Positions 1 to 9,155 are shown, counted from the first letter of the stretch. The stretch: DNA of 32,524 nt from Catonella sp. (GCA_041855085.1 JBHADN010000235.1:1-32524), one strand, 5' to 3'. Notes: generated from the sequence alone by a model not told the origin. A program made the numbers and translations.

Positions 1-1407
1 AGGCTGCAGGAGAAGTTTGGGAAGAAAACATTCATACACCTCTTTATCAATATTTTCCAAAAAGACAAACCTGTTCCCGTATCGCTCTTTCTGGATATAA
101 ATATAGCTTTTTATGAGCTTAAGCTCCTCCTCTACCGTTACTACGGAACTGTTCAGATTAATGCCGTATTTAAGTACGCCGCCTAGCTCCGTCGCTATTC
201 TGGCTATTTTATCCAGTTTGTTTAATTTAGCCTCCCATTTTATAGCATCAAGGGTATTGTATAAGAAATGCGGATTTATTTGTGACTGCAGAGCCTTTAC
301 CTCCGCTATCCTGAGCTGCTCAACCTTTTCCATGTCATTCTTGTGATAGCCCTCTATGCGTTGAATAAGACTGTGAAATGCACTTTCAATGGTCTTTATT
401 TCCTCTATGCTCTCCGCAGTATACTCCAAGGGAAAATCTGCTTCCTTTGTTTCCGATACTTTTTTAACAAGCCTGTTGATAGGCTTTACTATTCGGTTTG
501 TGAGAATGAACATTATGCACAGAGTAATCAATATTGTGGGTATAAGAGCTGAAAGTATGGCAATAGACAGCAGCCTTATGTCCGATTTTACATACTTCTT
601 TTCCATAAAGCCCATATATACTATGTCATTTTTTCTGCTGTTGCGGCTCTCATACAGATAATCCCTGTCTATCAGTTCTTTGTTTCTCTCTACAAATAAA
701 GAATTTATTCTTACATTCCTGTTGGTAAAATCCGTATTGTTGTATATTCCGCTGCCATTTCCCGAAAATATGGCAATTTTTATCCGGCTCGGATAACTCT
801 CCTCAAAACTTTCAAATATTTTTTTCAGATAGTTTACCGAAAAATCCATAATTATATAGCCTGTAAGCTCATTGTTGTAATAGACTTTTTTCACAAGAGA
901 AAAGGCATTGGACATACGGTTGTTCCATTCGAATATATTAGGATACAGCGAAACTCCGAAAGAATTATCGTCCCCGTTGAAAATACTTAAATACGAAAAT
1001 TTTGCAGGATTGTACATATTCGGAATTGATTTTGTAGAATAGGATATCTCTCCCGTCCTGCTTACCAGATGCACGCTTACTACTTCGTGATTATTTCCCA
1101 GCAAGGCATACAGCTTATCTGATATAGCACTTGCCCAGATACCGTCCCCGCTTACTTTCCTGACAACCTCTCTGTCATTTGAAAGAGTTTCAAGCTTGCT
1201 GCTGAAATCGTCAATCGCGCCCTCAAATACCGACTCGGCTATCTGAAGAACTTCGTTTATATGTAATTTGCCGTAGTTCGTACTCGAAATATAGGTATAA
1301 AAAAGAGAGAAGCCGGCAAAAAGCACAGTAAGGATAAATGCGAATCCCATAATCCAGGCTGCAATATACCTCTTAAAGCTCTTTCCCGCCATCTTCTCTC
1401 TAAACAT
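1..1407 (-). CDS. YesM/LytS-type (His_kinase) membrane sensor histidine kinase, 3' end runs off the window
   Basis: Not in the ORF track. Manual minus-strand translation from ATG at 1407 (GGAG SD upstream) is open to base 1: MFREKMAGKSFKRYIAAW... with two TM segments, a HAMP-like linker, H-box ALQSQINPHFLYNTLDAIKW, EEELKLIKSYIYIQKERY and PKLLLQP. Confidence 0.92.
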   Translation of the reverse strand, partial: MFREKMAGKSFKRYIAAWIMGFAFILTVLFAGFSLFYTYISSTNYGKLHINEVLQIAESVFEGAIDDFSSKLETLSNDREVVRKVSGDGIWASAISDKLYALLGNNHEVVSVHLVSRTGEISYSTKSIPNMYNPAKFSYLSIFNGDDNSFGVSLYPNIFEWNNRMSNAFSLVKKVYYNNELTGYIIMDFSVNYLKKIFESFEESYPSRIKIAIFSGNGSGIYNNTDFTNRNVRINSLFVERNKELIDRDYLYESRNSRKNDIVYMGFMEKKYVKSDIRLLSIAILSALIPTILITLCIMFILTNRIVKPINRLVKKVSETKEADFPLEYTAESIEEIKTIESAFHSLIQRIEGYHKNDMEKVEQLRIAEVKALQSQINPHFLYNTLDAIKWEAKLNKLDKIARIATELGGVLKYGINLNSSVVTVEEELKLIKSYIYIQKERYGNRFVFLENIDKEVYECFLPKLLLQP

Positions 1408-1415
1408 TTTCACTC

Positions 1416-3062
1416 CTATACTACCGAAACCTTACCCTTACTTATAATGTGGAAAATAACAAATGAAATAAGTGTCGCCACGGTAAGTATACTTGCCAGG
1501 GCTGCCGCCGTTCCGAAACTTGCGCGCACAACCTCCGTATATATGGCAACCGATATAGTTGCCGTCTTGCCGGTATAAAGCATAACGCTTGAACTCAGCT
1601 CGTTTATAGTGCTTATCCAACTGAGAATGGCACCGCTTATGATACCCGGCGTCATTATTCTTACCGTTACCTTGAAAAATGACCTCATAGGAGTTTCTCC
1701 AAGGCTTATAGACGCTTCTTCCACGCTGCTGTCTATCTGCTGCAAAATGGCACTCGACGACCTTACCGTATAAGGCATTTTTCTTATGACGTAGGCAATA
1801 ATAAGAATGAGCGGAGTGCCTGCTATAAGAAGAGGTTCCTTGTTAAATGTAATAAGCAGGCTTATGCCGAGTACCGCTCCCGGTATAACATAAGGAAACA
1901 TAACAAGCACATCCATAAGGTCTGCGGATTTCCCGCGTCGCCTTGTAATAAGAAAGGCAATAAGTACACTTAAGAGTATTATAACAAAAATAGCTACAGT
2001 TGAAAACAGGAAAGTATTGGTTATGTTGCTGCCGAGCTTAAAGAAAATGCTCTTATAGCTTTCAAAACCGAAGCCCTCTACAAACAACGGACCGTTTGTG
2101 TTCATAAACGAGGTTATTATAACCACTATCTGAGGTAAAAAGGTAATAAGTGCGAAGATGAACATCACAAGTGACAGTCCTATCTTCTTTCCTCTCGTAA
2201 GCTCTTTCTTTTCAGGCGGTCTGAGAGCGCTCATAGTGTAATTTTTACGGTTTACAATAAATTTCTGTATCAGAAGCACGGTAAGCGAACAGGCTACCAC
2301 TATCATACTGAGGGCACTCGCCATGCCTGCATTTCCGCCGGTTTCACTCATGTACTCCTCATAGACGAGTACGGGAAGCACCTTATAGCCCTCTCCTATA
2401 AGCATAGGAGTACCGAAGTCCGCAAGACTTGACATAAACACCATAATAGCCCCCGCCGCTATGGTAGGCTTTATAACCGGAAATGTAACCGTCATAAGTC
2501 TTTTAAATTTACCTGCTCCCAGATTCTCGCCCGCCTCTTCAAGCGATGAGTCTATACTGTTTAAAGCTCCCGCTACATATAAAAACACAAAAGGGTACAG
2601 CTTCAGGGTAAATACTATTATAATACCCAAAAAACCGTAAATAGACGGGAAGTTAATTCCAATCGCCTGCAATGCCTTTGTTATTGCTCCGTTTCTCCCA
2701 AGCAGCATTATCCACGAATAAGCACCTATAAACGGAGGCGACATAAGGGACATAATTATCATTACATTTACAAGCTTAGAGCCGTAAAGCTTAAATCTTG
2801 AGAATGCATACGCAAGAGGCACGCCTATAATTACCGCAAAAAATGTGGTAAGCGAAGATACAATAAGCGACCTTATAAGCGTCTGATAATAATATTCATA
2901 CTTAAAAAAGTTTGCAAAATTCTCAAATGTAAATTTTCCGTCACTTCCTATGAAGCTTTTGGAAAACATAGTCACAAAAGGATATATCAGAAATACGGCA
3001 AACAGCACAAATATCACTATCCTTACTATGGTCCAAAAGTCATACCTATGCCCTTTACCCAT
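1416..3062 (-). CDS. ABC transporter permease, fused two-module AfuB/FbpB type
   Basis: 548 aa, about 12 hydrophobic segments, two EAA loops (LEEAGENLGA; VEEASISLGE), SLADFGTP motif. Confidence 0.92.
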   Translation of the reverse strand: MGKGHRYDFWTIVRIVIFVLFAVFLIYPFVTMFSKSFIGSDGKFTFENFANFFKYEYYYQTLIRSLIVSSLTTFFAVIIGVPLAYAFSRFKLYGSKLVNVMIIMSLMSPPFIGAYSWIMLLGRNGAITKALQAIGINFPSIYGFLGIIIVFTLKLYPFVFLYVAGALNSIDSSLEEAGENLGAGKFKRLMTVTFPVIKPTIAAGAIMVFMSSLADFGTPMLIGEGYKVLPVLVYEEYMSETGGNAGMASALSMIVVACSLTVLLIQKFIVNRKNYTMSALRPPEKKELTRGKKIGLSLVMFIFALITFLPQIVVIITSFMNTNGPLFVEGFGFESYKSIFFKLGSNITNTFLFSTVAIFVIILLSVLIAFLITRRRGKSADLMDVLVMFPYVIPGAVLGISLLITFNKEPLLIAGTPLILIIAYVIRKMPYTVRSSSAILQQIDSSVEEASISLGETPMRSFFKVTVRIMTPGIISGAILSWISTINELSSSVMLYTGKTATISVAIYTEVVRASFGTAAALASILTVATLISFVIFHIISKGKVSVV

Positions 3063-4122
3063 TCAATCTCTCCTCTCCCTTTTCATCAAACACGGAAATC
3101 TTGTTTACATCAAAGGTAAGGCTTACCTTTCCCTCCGGTCTTATGGTGTCGGTATTGTCGGTATATTCATGAACTTCCACTATCTCTCCGTTTGCGAGCT
3201 GAACCTCGTAGTAGATGTAGTCGCCGAGGAATGTGGACAGTATGATATCTCCGACTATACCCTTTGATAAATCTTCAGATATCTTTATCTGCTCAGGTCT
3301 TATCGAAATCATGACCTTCTTGCTGCCGTTTGCATTAAACTCAGGTGCAAACTCGTAGTTTTCCACTCTGAGGCTGTTGTCTGCAAGCACCTCCGCCTCC
3401 ATAAAATTCGATATGCCTATAAAGCCCGCCACAAAGCTGTTTGCAGGCTGTCTGTAAATGACGCTCGGGGTGTCTATCTGCATAATATAGCCCTTGTTCA
3501 TAACCGCAATTCTGTCGCTTATTGCAAGAGCCTCCTCCTGGTCATGAGTTACATACACCGTTGTAATATTGAGCTTACGTTGAATTTTTTTAATAATAGT
3601 TCTCATCTGTACTCTGAGTTTAGCATCCAGATTGGACAGCGGCTCGTCCATAAGCAGTATTTTAGGACGAATAACTATAGCTCTTGCCAGAGCAACTCTC
3701 TGCTGCTGACCTCCCGAGAGCTTATCGGGCATCCTGTCTTTTAAATTCTCTATCTGGACTATCTTAAGAACTTCATCTATCCTTTCTTCTCTTTCAGCCT
3801 TGGGTATTCCCCTTATTTTCAAACCGTATTCTACATTTTCATATATGCTGAGATGAGGGAAAATGGCATAATTCTGAAACACCATGCCTATATCTCTCTT
3901 ATTTGCCGGGGTGTTGTTGATTACCTTTTCATTGAAAAGTATACTTCCCGCCTCTATGGAGTTAAATCCGGCTATCATCCTGAGTAAAGTGGTTTTCCCG
4001 CAGCCGGAAGGTCCGAGCAGAGTAAAAAATTCCCCATCCTTTATGGTAAAGTTCATCTCATCGATGGCTGTAAAATCCCCGTATTTTTTAGTTACCTTAT
4101 CTATTTTTACAACTGTGCTCAT
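3055..4122 (-). CDS. ABC transporter ATP-binding protein, AfuC/FbpC/PotA type
   Basis: Walker A GPSGCGKT, signature LSGGQQQRVALARA, Walker B LLMDEPLSNLD, YVTHDQEEA, C-terminal TOBE-like region; overlaps the permease start by 8 nt. Confidence 0.95.
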   Translation of the reverse strand: MSTVVKIDKVTKKYGDFTAIDEMNFTIKDGEFFTLLGPSGCGKTTLLRMIAGFNSIEAGSILFNEKVINNTPANKRDIGMVFQNYAIFPHLSIYENVEYGLKIRGIPKAEREERIDEVLKIVQIENLKDRMPDKLSGGQQQRVALARAIVIRPKILLMDEPLSNLDAKLRVQMRTIIKKIQRKLNITTVYVTHDQEEALAISDRIAVMNKGYIMQIDTPSVIYRQPANSFVAGFIGISNFMEAEVLADNSLRVENYEFAPEFNANGSKKVMISIRPEQIKISEDLSKGIVGDIILSTFLGDYIYYEVQLANGEIVEVHEYTDNTDTIRPEGKVSLTFDVNKISVFDEKGEERLNG

Positions 4123-4140
4123 ATATCTCCTTCTAAAATA

Positions 4141-4170
4141 TTTGCTGTAGGCGGTTACTCCTACAGCAAA
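4141..4170. other. Intercistronic stem-loop between binding-protein and ATPase genes
   Basis: Perfect 11-bp inverted repeat TTTGCTGTAGG-N8-CCTACAGCAAA. Confidence 0.7.
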
Positions 4171-4238
4171 CTTATTATAATTAAAATTATGCTCTTAAAC
4201 TGCCGGCTTTCTGCGACCGTCAGCAGTATACTTTCCAA

Positions 4239-5276
4239 CTACTTTCCGATTAATACATCTTTCCACTTATTAAGTATCTCTTCCTTACTTGCCGCAGCCG
4301 CATCAAAGTCATAATCGACCATCTTTATCTCAGATAAAGCGCTAAGTCCCGTTGGAGCCTCCACATCGTTTCTTATGGAACGACGACTGAGCTGTGAGCT
4401 CATAAGACTCTGAGTTTCTTTGCTGAGAGCGAAGTCTACAAATTTTTTGGCATTTTCAATATTCTTCGAGCCCTTTATGATGGCTACACCGTCAGGAACT
4501 GCCGATGTTCCCTCACTAGGATACACTATCTTTACAGGAGAGCCTGCATTTACAAGCTTGATTGCTTCTTTCTCAAGAGTAAGTCCGAGGGCATACTCTC
4601 CGTCTGCAACACCTTTGTAAACACCAGATGAGCTTGAAAGAATCTTACCGTCAAGGTTTGCATAAAACTCTTTTATAAAATCCCAGCCGTCATTCTGATC
4701 TTTGTAGGCTGTAAGCATGGTAACAAGAATTGTATATGCCGAACCGCTCTTTGCAGGATCCGCCATGGCTATCTTTCCCTTAAATTCAGGCTTTAATACA
4801 TCCTTCCATGAGGTTATTGCATTTTCATCGGAAACGAGGTTCGTATTGTATAAAATAACCATAGGAAGCGGACTTTCTCCTGTCCATGTATTGTCCTTAG
4901 CATAGTACTTGGAGTCTATGTTGCTGAGTTCCGCCGATTTATACGGTTCGAAATACTCTCCGTAAGCCTGCAGGGACTCCGCTCCGCCTCCCCAAAGTAC
5001 ATCGCCTAAAGGATTGTCTTTTTCAGACTCAACTCTCTTTAAAAGTTCTCCTGTACCCGCTGCAACAACATCCACCTTAATATTATTCTTTTTTTCAAAC
5101 TCCTGCACCAGAAGGTTGATAGTTTCAGCAGGATGAGGCGAGTACACGGTAATCGAGTTCCCGCTTCCGCCTGCAGCGGTGCTTCCCGTACTTCCCGTAC
5201 TTGTACCGGCATTTCCACAAGCCGTAAGTGAAGCAACAAGACTTAGACTTAGCAATGATGTAAGAATTTTTTTCAT
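4239..5276 (-). CDS. ABC transporter substrate-binding lipoprotein, AfuA/FbpA family
   Basis: Lipobox LTAC, Gly/Ser/Thr linker, GTGELLKRV..E, DVLWGG, ADPAKSGSAY, YPSEGT, AKKFVDF. Start moved from 5291 to ATG 5276 on GGAGG spacing. Confidence 0.92.
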   Translation of the reverse strand: MKKILTSLLSLSLVASLTACGNAGTSTGSTGSTAAGGSGNSITVYSPHPAETINLLVQEFEKKNNIKVDVVAAGTGELLKRVESEKDNPLGDVLWGGGAESLQAYGEYFEPYKSAELSNIDSKYYAKDNTWTGESPLPMVILYNTNLVSDENAITSWKDVLKPEFKGKIAMADPAKSGSAYTILVTMLTAYKDQNDGWDFIKEFYANLDGKILSSSSGVYKGVADGEYALGLTLEKEAIKLVNAGSPVKIVYPSEGTSAVPDGVAIIKGSKNIENAKKFVDFALSKETQSLMSSQLSRRSIRNDVEAPTGLSALSEIKMVDYDFDAAAASKEEILNKWKDVLIGK

Positions 5277-5350
5277 TTTCATTCCCTCCATTTATGAGTT
5301 TTTTACGATAAGTTCAGATTATCAAAATATTTTTACACTCACAAGTAGCT

Positions 5351-5380
5351 AAAACTGCATTTTTGTTCAAAATCCTGCAA
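5351..5380. promoter_or_regulatory. Candidate response-regulator direct repeat in the divergent afuA/pgm intergenic region
   Basis: AAAACTGCAT (5351-5360) and AATCCTGCAA (5371-5380), 20-bp period, upstream of the binding-protein gene. Confidence 0.3.
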
Positions 5381-5499
5381 TGTATTGAAATTCTTGAATT
5401 TTATGGTAAATTATAACAAGGAGTTGCTTGCGGCTCTCTCTCGCAGGGGGTGGTATGCAATCTTTCTGAGGTCTTATATATAAATAACGGGAGGTATGT

Positions 5500-6915
5500 A
5501 TGATAAGTTTCGGAACAGGCGGCTGGAGAGAAATAATAGGAGATAAGTTTACCAGAAATAATATTCACAGGATAGCCCACGCCCTCAGTTCTATGATGAC
5601 GGGGGATAAGGTGGTTATAGGCTATGACCGCCGCTTTTTGTCTAAAGAGGCTTGCTATTGGTTCATGGAGGCGCTCGCAAGCCACAATATCAAATCTCTT
5701 TTTATAGACGGTTCATCCCCTACCCCTCTTATCATGTATGCTGTAAAGCTTACCGGGGCGGAATACGGCATAGCTGTAACCGCAAGCCACAATCCTGCCA
5801 CTTACAACGGAATAAAAATATTTACAAAAGGCGGCAGAGATGCCTCTGTAGAGGTTACCGACAAGGTTTCCGCGCTTGCAAATTCCGTTAGTGAAGAAGT
5901 GCTGAAGAATACAAAGCAATTCTATGAGATTGTAAATACTCCGCTGTTTGAGAGGATTTATCCGTTTAACGAATACATCGACTCTATTTTAGACTCCATA
6001 GACACCGAAGCCATAAAAGCAGCCCATCTGAGAGTTGCTATAGATCCGATGTACGGTGTTTCTGAAAATGCACTTATTACCCTGCTTTCAACCACCAGAT
6101 GTGAAACTGCCATTATAAACGGCCAGCATGACACCCTTTTCGGAGGAAGACTGCCGAGCCCCGCTTCAGCCTCTCTGCACAGGCTTATGGATCTTGTCGT
6201 GCATAAATACTACAATCTCGGTGTAGCTACCGACGGCGATGCAGACCGTATAGGCATTATAGATGAACTCGGCAATTTTATACATCCTAACACCCTGCTC
6301 TGCCTGCTTTATTATTACTTTCTGGAATTTAAGGGTTGGAAGGGTGCCGTTATAAGAAATATAGCCACCACCCATATGCTGGACAGAATAGCTGAGAAAT
6401 ACGGAGAAAAATGTGTAGAAACGAAGGTAGGCTTCAAGTACATATCGGCAGGAATCGAGGAACACGATGCAATAATAGGTGGCGAGTCCAGCGGAGGTCT
6501 TACCGTAAAAGGCCATATACAGGGTAAGGACGGCATATACGCCGCCGCCCTCCTCATAGAGATGATGTGTGTGACGAAGAAGAAGATAAGTGAGCTGGTA
6601 AGCGAGCTTAATGATAAGTTCGGCTCGTTCGTATTCTCGGAAAATGACTATAAGTTTACACCTGAAAGAAAGGCTCAGCTTGTAAAGCTGTTATATGACG
6701 ACAAAAAAGTTCCTGACTATGACAATGTTGAAAAGATTTATTATTCAGACGGTCTCAAGATAGTTTTTAACGATGACTCCTGGATAATAGCCAGATTTTC
6801 AGGCACGGAGCCTGTCCTCAGAATTTTTGCGGAAGCTGAAAACAATGAAGCGGCTTCAAAATATGTTAAAATTATGGAGGAGTTTTTAAGCATAGAAAAG
6901 AGCGAGAAGATTTAA
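5500..6915 (+). CDS. Phosphoglucomutase/phosphomannomutase family protein
   Basis: FGTGGWR, catalytic TASHNP, metal loop DGDADR, sugar loop GGESSGG, RFSGTEPVLRIFAE; GGAGG SD. Confidence 0.95.
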   Translation: MISFGTGGWREIIGDKFTRNNIHRIAHALSSMMTGDKVVIGYDRRFLSKEACYWFMEALASHNIKSLFIDGSSPTPLIMYAVKLTGAEYGIAVTASHNPATYNGIKIFTKGGRDASVEVTDKVSALANSVSEEVLKNTKQFYEIVNTPLFERIYPFNEYIDSILDSIDTEAIKAAHLRVAIDPMYGVSENALITLLSTTRCETAIINGQHDTLFGGRLPSPASASLHRLMDLVVHKYYNLGVATDGDADRIGIIDELGNFIHPNTLLCLLYYYFLEFKGWKGAVIRNIATTHMLDRIAEKYGEKCVETKVGFKYISAGIEEHDAIIGGESSGGLTVKGHIQGKDGIYAAALLIEMMCVTKKKISELVSELNDKFGSFVFSENDYKFTPERKAQLVKLLYDDKKVPDYDNVEKIYYSDGLKIVFNDDSWIIARFSGTEPVLRIFAEAENNEAASKYVKIMEEFLSIEKSEKI

Positions 6916-6947
6916 TTCCGATACGGCTTATGTAACCTGATAAACCA

Positions 6948-6986
6948 ATGGAGATAGCTGCTTTCAGCGGCTATCTCCATATTTTT
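6948..6986. terminator. Intrinsic terminator between convergent pgm and FNT genes
   Basis: ATGGAGATAGCTGCT-TTC-AGCGGCTATCTCCAT followed by ATTTTT. Confidence 0.85.
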
Positions 6987-6994
6987 CTTACTGT

Positions 6995-7843
6995 CTATTT
7001 ATTCATATCATTCTTATATATAAGGTACATCATCACACCGACAATTGCAGCTCCGCCGACTATATTCCCGAGAGTTACCGGGATTTCATTGTTTATTAAG
7101 AAACCGCTTATATTAAGGTTTGCAAGCTGCTCTTTTGTAATGCCGTAGACTTCCGCCGCCTTTGCGACAAACTTTTCATTTGTTGCAGCCATCATACCTG
7201 CCGGTATGTAGTACATATTCGCAACTGAATGCTCGTATCCGCTGACTACGAATGCCATAATAGGTATAAATGCCGCAAATATCTTGCCTATGGCGTCCTT
7301 TGCCGCACCTACCGCAAGTATTGCAAAGCATACGAAAATATTACATAAAATTCCGGAAACAAAGGCTGTACCGAAAGGAATGTTTACCTTTCCGAGAGCA
7401 ACCTTTATAGTATATGCTCCCAACAGTCCTCCTGAATAATTAAACTGACCGCTTGAAAACACAAGAAATGCAAAAAAAACACTTCCTACCATATTCAGCA
7501 CAAATGTACATACCAGCATTTTTATAAATATCGCCGCACCGTGCTTCTTGTCCAAAACTCCTATTATAAGAAGGCTTTTACCCGTGAAAAGCTCTCCGCC
7601 TATTAAAACCACCATCATAAAGCCTACGGGAAAGACAACTCCCGCAAGAAGTTTTGCCACAGCCACATTCTCCGCCGTATGTGCCGCCACACTGCTGGCG
7701 GAAGCTCCGCAGGCAATAAAAATACCCGCTAAAATTCCCAAAAGCGCAAGTTTAAAAAACGGCATTTTCTCCTTTGCTTTCCCTTGGATTGCAATCTCTT
7801 TTACAACCTCCAGACCGGAATTTAAAAATTTCATTTCGTTCAT
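6995..7843 (-). CDS. Formate/nitrite transporter (FNT, FocA/FdhC family), probably a formate channel
   Basis: GILAGIFIA, FPVG, GGELFTG, GILCNIFVC, GYEHSVANMY, VTLGNIVGG; adjacent to pfl genes. Start moved to ATG 7843 (GGAGGGG SD). Confidence 0.93.
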   Translation of the reverse strand: MNEMKFLNSGLEVVKEIAIQGKAKEKMPFFKLALLGILAGIFIACGASASSVAAHTAENVAVAKLLAGVVFPVGFMMVVLIGGELFTGKSLLIIGVLDKKHGAAIFIKMLVCTFVLNMVGSVFFAFLVFSSGQFNYSGGLLGAYTIKVALGKVNIPFGTAFVSGILCNIFVCFAILAVGAAKDAIGKIFAAFIPIMAFVVSGYEHSVANMYYIPAGMMAATNEKFVAKAAEVYGITKEQLANLNISGFLINNEIPVTLGNIVGGAAIVGVMMYLIYKNDMNK

Positions 7844-7936
7844 AGTACCCCTCCGCACTAAGTTTCTAATCATTTTCTTAAAAATTTTCGGCTGTTGTAG
7901 CTGCAAAACTAATCGCAGGCACACTCCAACAGTATT

Positions 7937-7965
7937 ACTATACTAGTTATCTGTCGTATTTTCAA
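7937..7965 (-). promoter_or_regulatory. Sigma-A-like promoter for the FNT gene
   Basis: Minus strand TTGAAA-17 bp-TATAGT. Confidence 0.65.
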
Positions 7966-7975
7966 TAGGCTTGCT

Positions 7976-8806
7976 CTAATTCTTTCTGTTTTCAGCCCTC
8001 TTTTCACGCATGGTCTGCAATATCATATTCTTGGCTGCTTCCGCCTCTTTACCGGAAAGGTTTGAAACTCCCTCAAGCGGATACTCTATTCCCAGTTCCT
8101 TATACTTATTTACTCCCATTGTATGGTAAGGCAGCACCTCAAGCCCTACAACATTGGAAAGCCCTGCAATTATCTCTCCTATTCCCCTTAGCCCTTTCTG
8201 ATTGAAGGTTATGCCGGGAACCGCCACATGTCTTACTATAACAGGTATGTTGCGGCTTTCAAGCGCCTTTGCAAATGCCAGCACGGGCTCTAAAGGGCTT
8301 TTGGTAAGCTCCCTGTGCCCCTCCGGATCGGAGTGCTTTATGTCAAGCAGTACCATATCCGTAACGGCGAACAGCTCTTCAAATTCTTTCAGTCTGCTCT
8401 CATAACTTTTATAGACGGCACTGTTTAAATACTCCTCTTCTGCTGTATACCTGTTTTCTGGCTTTAACGGATAGTATGCCCCCGAGGTATCAAGACAGGT
8501 ATGTATTCCTTCCTCTTTCGCCCTTCTGAAAACTGCAGTCACAAATTTCATCTGGGCAAGCGGCTCTCCTCCCGTGCAGGTTATGCCTCCCTTTCTGTAA
8601 AATTCCTTTTTGGAATAATACCCCTTAAATATTTCCTCCACGGTCATTTCAGTGCCTCCGTCAAATGCCCATGTATCGGGGTTGTGACAGTATTTACATC
8701 TAAGCGGACAGCCTTTTAAAAACACTACATACCTTGTGCCCGGTCCGTCAACCGTACCGAAGCTTTCTATAGAGTGTACTCTTCCTCTTATCTCTTCTGC
8801 TCCCAT
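7976..8806 (-). CDS. pflA: Pyruvate formate-lyase activating enzyme (radical SAM)
   Basis: HSIESFGTVDGPGTR, CPLRCKYCHNPDTW, GGITCTGGEP, HTCLDTSG, LLDIKH, LPYHTMG. Confidence 0.97.
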   Translation of the reverse strand: MGAEEIRGRVHSIESFGTVDGPGTRYVVFLKGCPLRCKYCHNPDTWAFDGGTEMTVEEIFKGYYSKKEFYRKGGITCTGGEPLAQMKFVTAVFRRAKEEGIHTCLDTSGAYYPLKPENRYTAEEEYLNSAVYKSYESRLKEFEELFAVTDMVLLDIKHSDPEGHRELTKSPLEPVLAFAKALESRNIPVIVRHVAVPGITFNQKGLRGIGEIIAGLSNVVGLEVLPYHTMGVNKYKELGIEYPLEGVSNLSGKEAEAAKNMILQTMREKRAENRKN

Positions 8807-8863
8807 AATACCTCACTTAACTTGTGTATAGGTTAATTCCTGCATCCTGCATAGACTTTTATT

Positions 8864-8904
8864 AAAAGGCTGCCACACCGAAAGTGCTTCAGCGTGACAG
8901 CCTT
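8864..8904 (-). terminator. Long stem-loop/terminator after the glycyl-radical subunit gene, before pflA
   Basis: Minus strand AAGGCTGTCACGCTGAA...TTCGGTGTGGCAGCCTT-TT; pairs fully with G-U only on the minus strand. Confidence 0.7.
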
Positions 8905-8909
8905 AAATT

Positions 8910-9155
8910 TTAATTTATACCGTCGTGGAATGTTCTTGTAATTACTTCGTCCTGCTGCTCCTTTGTGAGCTTTACAAAGTTTACCGCATATCCCGACACA
9001 CGCACCGTAAGCTGAGGATATTTCTCAGGATGCGCCTGTGCCTCTAAGAGAGTTTCCTTTGTAAATACATTTACATTTAAGTGATGTCCTCCCTTTTCCG
9101 CATATCCGTCAATAAGATTTACAAGATTGTCAATCTGAGCTTCACTAACTGCCAT
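8910..9155 (-). CDS. grcA: Stand-alone glycyl-radical domain (autonomous glycyl radical cofactor, GrcA-like; C-terminal part of PFL)
   Basis: 81 aa: [41 protein letters not shown]; own SD AAAGGAGA 5 nt before ATG. Confidence 0.9.
   Translation of the reverse strand: MAVSEAQIDNLVNLIDGYAEKGGHHLNVNVFTKETLLEAQAHPEKYPQLTVRVSGYAVNFVKLTKEQQDEVITRTFHDGIN

Noticed and set aside
5182-5208. Short tandem repeat CTTCCCGTA in the binding-protein gene (and ACCGCTTCA repeats near 13020-13057)
   Set aside because: They encode ordinary low-complexity Ser/Thr/Gly/Ala lipoprotein linkers; not CRISPR or phase-variation tracts.
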